Assembly: GCA_040285855.1 (NCBI GenBank)
Contig: JAUFOQ010000003.1
Span: 2,294,001-2,358,000, forward strand
Source of the DNA: Eukaryota sp. GEM-RC1
Taxonomy: Eukaryota
DNA length: 64,000 nt
Direction: 5' to 3'
Under the pieces are notes generated by a model. The model searched no databases, had not been told where the DNA came from, and was given only the letters and a program-made list of their open reading frames with translations. Both the position numbers and the translations under genes were made by a program. Numbering within the stretch: position 1 is the first letter of the stretch; every line of letters begins with the position of its first letter. Shown in pieces: positions 33,583 to 45,985 of this stretch.

Positions 33583-36500
33583 TTAGAAATTGTAGAAGTT
33601 GTACACTAACACTCGTTGCAACAATAAATCATGATCATTCCAATTAGTAAAAGGAGCTGTACAATAGATTAAACTTCCTCTGCCCCATTTCTTCTCTACT
33701 AAGAAAGGAATTCCATCTTGAGATAACATCAATACTGAAGATTGATTATCAACAACTTTAACTAAATAAGACAAAGCGCTGCTCCTTGGTGTACATTCAT
33801 GTTGTCTAGGGACATTTCTAGTCATGTAATGAGGAGTTGTTACAGAAAGAGGACTTGTAGCATGTCTCCACGAGTAAGTCTCCGCTCTTAAAAGATACTT
33901 TTGCATGTACTTAAGCCAAGAATATATATTAGAACCTCCAGTAATCAAGAAACGACCCCCAGAAGGGATCAGAGTTTGATTGATTGATTGGAAAAACTGA
34001 GGGTCAAGATAACCTCCATTGAAGTGAACAGCAACTGATTGATACCGTGATGGATCATATTGAACACGTGTAGGGTCAACAATCAAATCAAACAGAGGTT
34101 GCCCCCCTTGATTGAAAGGTCTGCCTCTCAAGGCGTATTGAACGTTGTCGAGTAAATCATTGAGAGCTGAAGGATCAAGAGTCCCTGCAAGAACTATATG
34201 GACCATGTGTTTACGATGTTCAGGAATACAGTGTTTAGCTTCGGTGATTTGGAAATTTTTAATAATTTGAGTCCAAAAATCGAAATCTACATCAGTAGCA
34301 TCAGAGAAACCGGAAGGCAGCGTAGTTGAAACTACCAAAACGCCATTGTTCCACTCCAGAATTAGCCTTACAGTAAATAGTTGGATAACCATCGGCATTA
34401 CGCTGACTAACAACAATATCATGACCACTAGGACGGATAGTGTAGGAGTAAGAATTTGACAAGGAGATGTTGAAGGGCAGGGCAGAGTTTAAGACATGAG
34501 AACCGAAATCTTCAAAAAGTAGTTACCCTTCTTAATCCACTTGTTCTGAGGAAGGATACTAGAAAGATACTTGTTAAAGTTATTTGTGAATGACTCTACA
34601 GCAGAGCCACCAGAAAAGAAAAATCTTTTTGTTTAAGCGAAGTAATTCAACTAAGGCCTCGGCATTATCTTTGGAGAATTCTCCTCCATTATAGAAGATG
34701 TAAACGTCATCATATGAGGAGAGATCAGAAGTGATCAACTTTGAATCAGCATAAAGGTCAAAAGGAATTCCCAGATTAATCAAAACTCTTTGAATTCCTC
34801 GGAATTCGTTTGAAGATGATTGATAACCTGATTGCACTGAGTAAACAACTGATGATTTACGTTTAAAATCACAGTCTTCTGGCTGCAACGTGATGATATT
34901 CTTGATTAATTGTTTAAAATAATGACCATCTGGAATTTCCCAACAGCCAGGAACTGCGTCAATAAACACAAACACTCCATCACCAAACCTCTTTGAACTA
35001 ACCAATGGGAAGCCATAACCGTCCTCCCTTCTAAGAGAAGCTCTTGCAGAAGTATCAGAGACATCGAAAATGGAAGAACTACAAGCATTGGCTTGTAAAA
35101 GATATGAGGAAGGTAAGTCTTTAACAAGTGGGTCAGATGAGTCAGTAACATTGAGGAAGCTTGAAGGTCTTTTGATCCAGGTTCTTCTACTATCTTTCAG
35201 TCTAAGCAATTTAGAAGAGAATGCCGAGATATAGGCATCAGATGCTATTCCTCCAAAGAAGAGAACTCTCTTACCAGAATCTAGCCATTGTCTAATAGTT
35301 TTGACATCATCAACAGTGGAGAAACCACCATTAAGACCAAGAACAATGGTTTTGTAGGGAGAAACGTCAATGTCAGAGTACCAAGAGGTGACTAAAACGT
35401 CAACTTTTAGTCCTTCTTCTCTAAGAACGTCTTCTAATGGAAAGCAGAAGTTAGGTTTAGAAGACCCTGTTTGGATGAACAACACGTCACCAGGAGTCAC
35501 TGCCACGTCAGACCTCTTCAATGACAAGACATTATCAACAAGGACCGAAACCTTCTTGCTATCGTCATCACTGAACTCTGATGGTGTTAACACGGTGTTA
35601 ACTACCAGGAATCCTTTTCCAATAGTTTTAGCCAATTGAGCTGCATATCCGTCAGCATTTCTAATAACTACTACAGCTTCGGGATCAACAGAATAAATAG
35701 AATAACGAAGAAGTTGAGGACTAGAAAAGCTCAAATCACTTGGTAAATTCTTGGCAAGTTTATGATTGGGACGGTCAATAATCAACTTGTTAGAGTCAGG
35801 AGTTTCCCAACTTCCTTTAGAATATGATAACAAAAGTTTAGAATCTCGTAGATAGTTTTGAACATTTGAAGAACCTCCAAACAATGAAAGTTTAAGCCCA
35901 CCTTCTACAGCTTTGTAAAGAGACTTGAAAGATGCCTGGGTATACCCCAGGCCATTCATGACGATGATGACGTGATTGTAGTAGTTAAATTCAATCTTGG
36001 TATAGTCATTTGTGAAAGTGACGTCATAGTCAGTCGTAAAATCACGAATAAAGGGCTCAAAGGACACCGCAGTTTCAGGATCACTGAGTGAGAAGACTAG
36101 GAGAGCATTTGAACGATCTTTCCATTCATAATCAGATGCTGTTCCATGTTGAACGTTGGAAATGAGATGATAGAGGAACTGTTGGGATTTCGAAGTGGAG
36201 TAGACGTTGTGAGGTGTGAGAGAAACAATGACGAAAGCTCCTTTGTGGTAGAAACGAGAACCTACGATTGGAGAACCGGCAGAGGATCGCACGCAGGATC
36301 TAAAGGATGGTTCAGAGATGACACCATAGGACTTTAGGCCAGTAACTCCAAGGTCAAGATAGGAATCGAGGAAGGTAACAATTCGACGGCATTCTGTATC
36401 AAAGATCTGAAGAGGTTCGTTGATGTTACGGAAATCAGTATCCTGATATCTGTAGACATCAGACAAGCCATTTTGGAAGGAAACAGATCTTGGATTACCC

Positions 36501-36792
36501 CAGATCATGACGTAACCTCCATTGGTGACAAAGGTCTTCAGTGCGACGGCATCAGCATTGGTATGACTTTGGCTATCTGAAAGAAGAATGACCAGATCAT
36601 AGTCATAGAATGCTACATCAGTAAAGTGGTCTGTCTAAGATGAATTTGAGGGGAATTACATACCTCTAGAACGTCGTAGCCTGCTATCATTGCCTTGGTG
36701 ATGTGAGAGTAATCATCGACACCAGACACTATTAGAAGAGTCTTTGACAGGCAAATAGTGACCAATAGCAAAAGCAGAAATAGAGATTGCAT
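33583..36792 (-). CDS. Large secreted protein with ~4-5 repeated class-I glutamine-amidotransferase-like/ThuA-like domains
   Basis: Signal peptide MQSLFLLLLLVTICLS; intron 36635-36663; repeated 'YDxvi...GG...l..gG.v.l.GG...hpL..dLPS...K..GxG.lv' units; frameshifts near 34610-34430. Confidence 0.55.
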
Positions 36793-36851
36793 GGGGAAGG
36801 GATGTGATTATATGATTCTGTTCAATATCAATCTTTGTCTGGTATAACAAG

Positions 36852-37600
36852 TAGGGCTGCTAATGGGAGATGGGAGTTTCTCCCACTCCCACTCCCACCT
36901 CCCCAGTTGTCATAGGTGAGACTCCCACTCCCACTCCCAACAAAATCTCCCAACTCCCACCCAACTCCCATTTTTGTTTCTTCTAGTACAATGACACTTT
37001 ACTTTATAAACATAACAAACACTAACTCTATCTCTGATTCATGAACAACTCTCTCATCTCCCGACATTTGAACCATTATTTCAATTAAAGGACTGCTTCA
37101 ATAGAATCACTACTCAAGGAAGCTCGTTACTTCGTAACAGCACACACCCTGCCTGAGAAAATAACTGTTCACTTGGAACTGATGAGGCTTGTGCTGTCAT
37201 CTAGTTCTTAGCACATGCCGATACTCGTGCATACCTGTTGAAACACAACATTTTGTATTTTAAACCAAATTCAGTAATAATTTCTTCCACAGCAGTGGCA
37301 ATGTTGATGGCAGTGTGGTTTTCTTTCAAGTTCTTAAAACCGAGGACGTAAGTGTTTAATTTCCAGTCCTCAATTCAGTGAACTATTACCCCAATAAAAT
37401 GTGTGTTTGTATTTGATATCCACTCATCAATCGTAATAGATACTTTAGAAGAATTACACACATTTTTGAATTTATCTATCAAGTATCCTTTAAATAACTC
37501 ATAAACATTCAACATATCATTTCTTATCGTGGTTCTTTTTGGAATTTTGAATCTGAAAGATAGGAACCAAATTCGATAAAATCACGGTGCTTACACAGAT
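36852..37600 (-). mobile_element. Internally deleted hAT (Ac-like) transposon remnant
   Basis: TAGGGCTG end with CTCCCA subterminal repeats; minus strand reads SITIDEWIS..HFIGVIVH*IEDWKL..VLGF...HTAINIA (first catalytic D region, with a stop) and AQASSVPSEQLF (hAT dimerisation domain). Confidence 0.8.
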
Positions 37601-38667
37601 CAGAGATTTCAGGATCTTCAGATAAATCAAGCGATGACATTGGTTGAAATTTACAGATGAACAACCACGCTTTTTATAAAACGAAAATAAATACAATGCA
37701 ATAAAACAAAGACAGTAAAATGTAATGCACCTAGTCCTATTAATATTCTAGAAAAATTGTACATGTACATATTTGTCTAGCTAGCTTGTTTCTGTTTTAA
37801 AATTTAAGTTATAGTTGTGTCTGCAAATCGGTTGGTGCTTTCCAGATGCATTCTTGCTCTTCTATCACCCTCTCCGTTAACACTAATTCTCTCCTTCTCT
37901 ATCTCAACCGAATTGCTCTTAAGACTTATTTTGTGGCTCAAACAAAAGTGACTGCAAGTAGAGGCGATCGCTTCTCCACTGTGAACAATGCTCTTTCACG
38001 TTAACATCCACATTACATCGTTCCAGTAGACGGAACATGTCCCGAAATATTGAATTAGGAATGAAAGTCTTAGTCTACAGTTGGTTGCATATTGTGTTCT
38101 CCAATAATAGATTCTAGCAGTAGTTGATCCTCCATTTCTAGTCCAATGTACTACTATGTAATAATCAACTTTAAATACAATAGCGGCGTGTTATATACTG
38201 TACTACATTTGTATTTGTGTATTCATAATTTCAACTGCAGAAACAGTAAAATACGAACAAAAACTAAACTCTTGTAACATTAGTAGCGAAATTACTTTTT
38301 GAAAGCTTGTTTAAGGGTTCATGTACGTATAAGTGGGAATCATCATCACCAATAAGTGCTACTTGTAAAGGATTACCAATCAAGAAGGTAGAATGATCAG
38401 TTACATTAATAACACCATTAACAAGACGGGTGTTGCTGTGAGTTCAGGTACCGTCTCCAAATATGAGTAAAAGATGATCATCAATAATTCTTTAGATGCT
38501 TTTCTGACTAATCCTTCAAATTATCAAGACATCTAGGCCAACAGTACGAACCTCGGTAGTGTAATGTGAGAAACTGTATTAGTATTTTCACTCCTAGAAC
38601 TTGATCTGTTAAAAAAAGCTTCTGTGGAATTGCTGATATTTATGAAACATTAGGTTTGTCTCTAAAC

Positions 38668-39184
38668 CATGGAACGCAAATGTTCCGTACCACAGCGATT
38701 TTAGGCGTACCGTACGTACGGTACATGTACCGGTACTGTACTTTTGACTAAAATATACTATTACTAATTTGAACATGATAATCCAATTTGAGATTTTAAG
38801 AGTTACCATCGTCATACATAGTGCCGTTAAACAAAGCTCATGATATCAAGATCACGATTGTCACACTTCTTCAAATTTAGGGTACATCATTTGCTGACCA
38901 CAACTGTCTCAAAATGACAATGGTATACAAATCTCAGTAATCGCATGAAATAAACAATGGTTGCGTCTCCGACTCACCGCGCATTTAATAAGTGACTGTT
39001 ACGAGATATAACAACGATGAAGGGCCCTAAAACTCAAAGAGTGTTTTTTTAAACGATTATAAGATTCCGAAGCAAATTGTAATAGTATAGTGTTTGACGA
39101 GGCAATGAACATCCACTCCAAAAATGGTATTTGTAAATACATTTAGACCATTCGGAAACACGGCATTAAAATTTGCGCACGTTG
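38668..39184. mobile_element. hAT-type MITE family A, copy 2 (inverted relative to copy 1, short internal deletion)
   Basis: CATGGAACGCAAAT...ATTTGCGCACGTTG; perfect TSD CTCTAAAC. Confidence 0.9.
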
Positions 39185-39192
39185 CTCTAAAC

Positions 39193-40290
39193 CCAGACAA
39201 ATGTTTGGTAGATCTACACAAGAATTATTTATTAATGCAGTTCAGATTCCATTTATTAATTATGTTGAAGAGGCTTTCCGTTTTCTAGGATGTTGGCTTG
39301 GGACTGTTTCTTAATTTTTTCAAAAATTAACTAATTGTTTGGAAAATACTGGTTCAGAACTCAACACAATTTCTTCATGACATTCAAAAACATATTAAGT
39401 TTTTTATTTTAAAAATCTGCTATTGCGGAAAAATCACACATCTGTTGAGAACTATGAACCACAGCTCTTTCGATCGCTCTGCATTTTTGTAGCTCTTTTT
39501 TCAACGAGTTGAGGATTCATTTTTTGCATACCAAATCGTCAGTACTTTGCAAATATGTTTTTTAAGGGGCGGAAAAAAGTATTAAAAACGAAGCGTTGAT
39601 CAAACTAGAGCTGGGCACAGACTGACTACCGACTAGACTACAGACTACACCATTAGACTACGGACTAGACTGAGACGATAGAAAGACACTAAATAGTAGA
39701 CTAAATAGTTTTGTCCAAACATCAATTAATAACAAAAAATTCTACTGAAACACTAGAAGTCAACTACATCGAAGGCACCATCAGCCCAAGATTTTAAACA
39801 AACAGGCGCTGGATGGTTTTACCATCCAGAGCACAAAAGAGGCAGTGCTACTGATGGCCACTTGCTGCTGGCTTATAGAACTAATGACCGTTCCATCTCT
39901 GTTTTGGAGACAATGGTTGTAGAGAAAGTCTGGGCAGTTTTTCAGGAGGTCAGACAATGTGTTAAAAATAGTAGACTAATGATTACACTTATTTGTTATG
40001 AACAGACTACAGACTAGACTAAGACTAAAGAAGTAGACTACGGACTAGACAACGGACTTAATGAACAGACTACGGGCCAGACTAAGACTAAGTGAGTAGA
40101 CTACGATTTAGACTAAAAGCTTGGTCTATTCCGTAGTCAGCAGACTAGTCTAGTCAAATGCCCAGCTCTAGATCAAACTACCTTTTGACGTTTGGTCTCA
40201 ATGTTTCCCAGAATTTGTGTCTGAAATACCTGAAAAAGTTTGATTAATCCTCAGTTTTGTCTGCAAAAATTACAACACATTGTTGGTTTT
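39193..40290 (+). pseudogene. Degenerate CRE-like retrotransposon fragment interrupted by a MITE
   Basis: FRFLGCWLG, KFFILKICYCGKITHLLR, matching the 42.0-42.2 kb region; resumes after 40178. Confidence 0.65.
39606..40170. mobile_element. hAT-type MITE family C
   Basis: TIR TAGAGCTGGGCA / TGCCCAGCTCTA; perfect TSD GATCAAAC; AGACTA subterminal repeats. Confidence 0.92.
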
Positions 40291-40415
40291 CCTCATAAGA
40301 AAGGTGAATTTATTTAGGTGTAAAGTTCTGATGAGTCATGACACTAACAAGAAACAAACAGTTTTTTTTTTGAAAGCTTGGATTATAATGTTTTTTTTTC
40401 GTTTCATGGCTTTTT

Positions 40416-43160
40416 ATGCCTTCTTCTTCCCTTTCAACTAAGCCTGCTAGAGGTCGCCCTAAAGACTCTACATCGACTTGTTCATTCTGTAAAGTCGCAG
40501 GGCATACTAAGACCACTTGTCCTAAGCGTAAAACCGCTCTCATGGATCCAACTGTTAAAGCTGCTTTTGCTGCAGTTTTTGATGTTCAACAAAATCTGCC
40601 CGTTGCTGCATCCCCTACTTGTGAAGATAACCCTCAGCCTTTGCCCCCCTGACGTTTTGTCTGGTGCTATGCAAAAAATCTGCAAACTTTGTAGTAATAC
40701 TTGTGTCTCGTGTCTGTCTGAAGGTACTACTTTTTTATGTCTTGAATGTGCATCGCTTGATCATCTTAGACCTCCTATCAAAATTGCAAATCAACTTAGT
40801 CCAAAAGCGTCTATTCCCTTTTCCGTTGCTTTCCGCTCCTTCACAATCTCTTTGGAAATCAGGGAAATGGGATATGATTCCTGTTTGGAAGTTTTTCTTT
40901 GACAAACAAGTACAGAAGAATCCAGCAAAAGTCCCCGAAATTTTGCACCCTTCTAAAATTTCCGTTGATAAGCATATTCGTCAGCAATTACTTCGTGGTC
41001 GTTATGGTTCTGCTAAAAATTCTCTTTTTTCGTCGAAACTAGCTTCTTTTAATGACGATACTGTTTCTCAATTACAATCTTTGCATCCCAAGGAAAATTT
41101 TCATACGGAAGCTCCACTTCCTCCAACATATTGGAGAAAAAATTCTATTTTGTTTGATCAGTTCTTAATTTTAATCTTAAAGTTGCCATCAGGGAAAGCT
41201 CCTGGACCTTCTGGTATTACTTTTGATATTTTAAAATCAGTCTGTATACAAAATTCTTTAATTGTTGATGACCTTTGTGATTTTTTCAATGACATTCTAT
41301 TGTTGAAAGTTGTTGCCCCAAAAGAACTTAGTGCCTCGCGTTTGGTTGATCTAGTGAAACCAAATAAAATAATTCGTCCAATTGCTGTCGGGGAATTGAT
41401 TTATAGACTTTTTTCATCTCTAGTGTTCTCTAGAATTTTGAACAAAGCTCAGAAATATTTTTCCCCTTTTCAATATGGAATTAAAACAATTGATGGTGTT
41501 TCAGTTGCAGCTTTGACATCTGACCTTTTTTTAAACACGAAAACTGACAATTTTGTTTTAAATCTTGACTTTAAAAACGCATTCAACTCAGTTAAACGTG
41601 CTGCTATTTTGCCACAATCACAGGAACATTTTCCTGAATTGGAATCTTTTTTTCATACTTTTTATGGTAATTCGTCTGATTTGGTCTACAACTCGACTAA
41701 TCTTTCATCACTAACCGGTGTTAAACAAGGCGATCCTCTTGGTCCTTTCTTCTTCTGCCTTGCTATTCACCCCATCCTGAACTACCTTAAATCCAAGTAT
41801 AAGGATTTAGAAATTGTGGCTAATATGGATGCCATTTCTTTTATTGCACCTTTTGAGACTATACAAGCAATTTCTGCAGAAGCTGCCACTTTGTATGAAA
41901 AGATTGGTTTAAATTTAAATATTCATAAATGTTTCGTTATAGGAAAAGAACCCAAGTTATTAACAATTCGTTCAATTGAAGTCCCTTTCATTAGTTATTC
42001 TGCTTCAAGTTTCAGATTTCTTGGTTGTTTTTTTTTGGTAAAAAGGAAGATATTGTCAAAAACCTTGATGATTATTTGAATTCGATTCAACAAGAGTTGG
42101 ATAAGATTAAATTTCTGGAAATTGAAAAACATTTAAAATTCTTCATGCTCAAAATTTGTTATTCTGGTAAAATTACTCATCTTTTAAGATCCCTTGCTCC
42201 TGAGTTATCGTATGATTTCTGTAGAGCTTTTAACAAAATTCGCACAGACTTTCTTTCATTTCTTCTTCAAGTCAACCCCAATATTTCCAATAACCACACA
42301 TTTTCCAGTCCATATCTTGGAGGTTTGGGATTTACATCTTCTAAATGGTGGACTAAAGCAGCTTTTATTGGTGGTGGAAAGACTTTTGTATTCGAGTTTT
42401 GCAATCGATATCCATCAAGAACTTCTCTTCTTGAAAGTACTAGCAGCTTTTATCTTAATCATCTCCGTGGTGAAATAGGAAATCTTTCTCCTGAGCTATG
42501 GTCAACTTGCTTTCCTGTTGATATCATTCCTGATGTTTGATCTATTACATGTATAATAAAAGAAAACACTTAAAAAATAGGATTATAATGTTCGACGTTT
42601 TGCCAAACTATTAATGGATGTTTCTGATAGCTCCGATTCATGTCTGATTACTCAACTCCCGCAAGTTTACGGTTTTTTTCTTGATGATAACTCTTGGTCA
42701 TTAAACATGCAGTCATTTATTTGGCCTGATAACCTTTCAATAATTTGAAATGCCAATGTGGGTAATCTGTAACACCTACGCATTTATTGTATTGTAACCG
42801 TTTTATTTCTTTTGGAAGTAAGGTTCATACTTCAGTAAGGGATCAATTATATTGTATGTGTAAATCTTATGGAATATCTCCTTTTAGAACCAGTCCTGAC
42901 CGGTATGTTTGGTGTTACGGATGTTGACAAATCGTTTGGAAATAACCGTTGCGATGTCATATTTCCTTGTCTCGATGGATCTTTCATTATTGCTGATTCT
43001 ATGTCTAATGATTCCAACAAGAAACTTACTAAATCTATTGCTATAAACCCTCTGTTGATTGATGAATAATTTTTTTATGAAGAAATGATGTGCTAAACTG
43101 AAGTTATTGAATGCGGTTTCACACTGGAATTACTTGTTGTACTATTTTGTATTTTATCTG
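40416..43160 (+). mobile_element. CRE-like (RLE-type) non-LTR retrotransposon, near full length but decayed
   Basis: N-terminal RGRP + CSFCKVAGHTKTTC knuckle; RT motifs KAPGPSG, RPIAVGE, QYGI, LDFKNAFNSV, GVKQGDPLGP, ANMDA (YxDD lost), GGLG; C-terminal CxC..H..C and RCDVIFP..D endonuclease; several frameshifts and stops. Confidence 0.85.
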
Positions 43161-43309
43161 AGAAATTTAAATCTGTTACGAATCTGCTGTGGTTCTTTAT
43201 TAAGAATTGTCATTTTTGGCAGCATTGTGGAAGTGAGACTCTCATTATGTTCTTGTCGTACATGTAATAGTACTTAGAATACAAAAATAATTTTTAAAAA
43301 TGAGAAACT

Positions 43310-44419
43310 CTACTCAATGTAATTCTTATGTACATACGAAGACGTAAAAGCTTTCAACATCACAGTATAATCAATTTTGAAGTTGAGCACTGAACCAATG
43401 GTCAAATCTTCCTCACAATCTGTCACATCAACAATTGTATGGTCCGAACTTCCACCTAACACGATTGCACCTTTGTTTAGTGGTTTCAGTCCTGATACAG
43501 TAATGTCCTGTTCACCTACCGCCAGTATGGCTCTTTTTCTGATTCCGCGATCCTTGAATACTGGCGTTCTGCCAAATGCATCCTTTCCGATTTCACCATA
43601 CGGCACTGATGGCTTTTCTTTCAGTTCCTTCGATTAGCATATAATTTGACATACTATTATCTCAGCAGAAAGTGTAAAAGCTCTTTGGTGCATTTCTGGG
43701 AGATCTTTATCATAGCAACACTCGCGGCCAAGAAACACAGCCTCACCTAGGCGCAAGTTGGTGATTCCAGATGGCATAGTTTGATCCAGGACAAGATGTA
43801 AGCTGCTGGTATTCCCACCAGAAACGATGGAAAGTTTTTTGCCAATGACATCTTCAATTTCTTTCGATAGTGATGCGAGGCGGCCAATGTTCACTGTGGA
43901 TGGATTAACACCGCCAAAGCAAGTTAGATTCACACCCAGCCCAGCGATGTGCACATTGGAGAACGTTGAAGCTTTTTTCACGATAGCTATTAGATCCTTG
44001 GGCAATATTCCTTCACGTAGATCCCCTAGGTCTGTCATTAACACGATGTTGACATTCTTTCTTTGTCGGATACACTCAGCGTTGAGGGCTTCAATACTGG
44101 TAAGTTCAGAAATTAGCACGTTATTAACCACCGAAACCACTTCACGCATTTCGGAGAGCATCGGAATTCTTAATAGAGTTAGCTGACACTGTTGTTGAAA
44201 AAACGATCTTAGTTTCTTGAGATTTGCCATTCTGCTGTCCGCAAAGGAAGACGCACCAGCAGATAGCAAAGTCTCACAAACACGTAGATCGGCACAAACC
44301 CCCTTGACAACAACATCGATGTTGATGCCAAGTCGTTTGTTGAGACGTTGAAGGTAGGCGACATTATGGCGGAGGCACGACAGGTTAACATTAACACATG
44401 GGTATTGAGGTTTAGACAT
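43310..44419 (-). CDS. Alanine/ornithine racemase-family PLP enzyme (Orr/YhfX-like)
   Basis: VVKGVCAD (PLP Lys), ADSRMANL, LLRIPMLSE, DLGDLREG, SGGNTSS, NLRLGE, GGSSDH; 27-nt intron 43628-43654 restores EII|ELKEKPSVPYG. Confidence 0.88.
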
Positions 44420-45336
44420 CTGCAGTCAAAAAAATGGTGTTCAGGATTTGCTTTTCTGTGATATGTCACACGTGTGTTAACACGTGAAACGAATTGTTAT
44501 CTGCAGCATCAACTCAACCTTCACCACCGATTAGACTACAGTAATATTCTACACATTAGACTATTACTTTACTACATTCCAAATCGACAAATCTAGTTCA
44601 ACTCTCCGAGTATTAGAGGAGTTTAGGTGATCGTCCTGATACTTCGGTTAGGTAACTACATGCCTACAGAGAAATTGGCGTTATGAATAGAAATACTAAC
44701 TGACCGACGACTCTGAGCTACAAGTAGAATCGTCATTTAATTGAGTTACAACTCGGTTTGATACTGATTTATGAGTGATATTATTTAATGGTTTGGTGTT
44801 TATGGACAATACTAAACATATGAAATACGAAATGAAACAATACTCAATATATCAACGACGACGTACTTCAACCTTTAACTATACTTACAATCAACAATGA
44901 CAAGAATTCTTAAATAAGGGAAAATGTAAAACAGATTAACTTTGATAGTCCACACATCAGTTGGAATAAAGACGCTTAGTCGTCCGTAAGAGATAGTGTC
45001 AATGATGTAATTGGTACAGAAAATGAATCTATGTGGTCAACTCTAGCCACGTTGCATGAAAACTTTGTGAGAAATTGAGTTATACTGATTTCTCAACATT
45101 TTTAAACAGCAATTAGTCAACAACTCATTTCAACAATCAGTTTAAAGCATCTTCAGTCATCGTTACTAAAAAGGAGGATGTTCTGAAAGACAAACTTGTT
45201 TCTAAAAAAGGAGGAGATCATCATATTATTGATTGACCTCAACATCCATGATTGAACAAATCTGAAAAAGAAAAGTAATTTGACAATGGTTCAACTGACC
45301 TACAGATTCAGTGCAATATCAAAAAGTTAGAAAATG

Positions 45337-45879
45337 TCAATTAGAAACTTCGTAAACCCACTCCTTGATTACAGTGTGAAAGATTACGTCAAAAGTATCC
45401 AGTTCAAGGTCAAAATTCAAAACAAAATCACCAAGATTTTCACAAACTCCATGTCTGATCATCTCAATCAAAACATAGTCAAGAAGATGATCCGCAACAT
45501 CGTCTACATCTTCATCCACAAGAGGTTTATGAGTAGTAGCTGTGGAAGGATTCAGAACATCTTCAATCAGAGATGGAAGGTAGTCCAGAACTAGGAAATC
45601 ATTAAGGAAACAATCAAGAACATGAAGACCGAATTCCCCATGAAGATGTTGTAATAGTCTCTGAGATTGTTTTCGTCTAAGAAACTTTCGAACAACTCTC
45701 TGGATTTTAACAGCAGCGACGTTTTGTTTGATTTTGGAAGGTCGTCGTGAAGATGATGGTACAGATTGACGAGATGATTCAGAGACAACAATGGGAACAT
45801 ATGATACTATACGATTTGAGATTTCCGGTTGTTCAGAGGATAAAGCATGTGGAGGTACTGCAGCATAATAGGGCTGCAT
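45337..45879 (-). CDS. IQ-motif protein
   Basis: AAVKIQRVVRKFLRRK; true start may lie further upstream. Confidence 0.6.
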   Translation of the reverse strand: MQPYYAAVPPHALSSEQPEISNRIVSYVPIVVSESSRQSVPSSSRRPSKIKQNVAAVKIQRVVRKFLRRKQSQRLLQHLHGEFGLHVLDCFLNDFLVLDYLPSLIEDVLNPSTATTHKPLVDEDVDDVADHLLDYVLIEMIRHGVCENLGDFVLNFDLELDTFDVIFHTVIKEWVYEVSN

Positions 45880-45985
45880 CGATTAAGGGTTTGTTTGTTA
45901 AATCTGAGAAGTTGGAACTAGAAGAGGTGTGTTCATCAAACAAATTTGCATCAACCATTACCAGTCTTAGACTTCTTAGTCAGAG

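Noticed and set aside
43310..44419. Bacterial contamination or chimeric contig
   Set aside because: The gene contains a host-style spliceosomal intron and is flanked by eukaryotic sequence.
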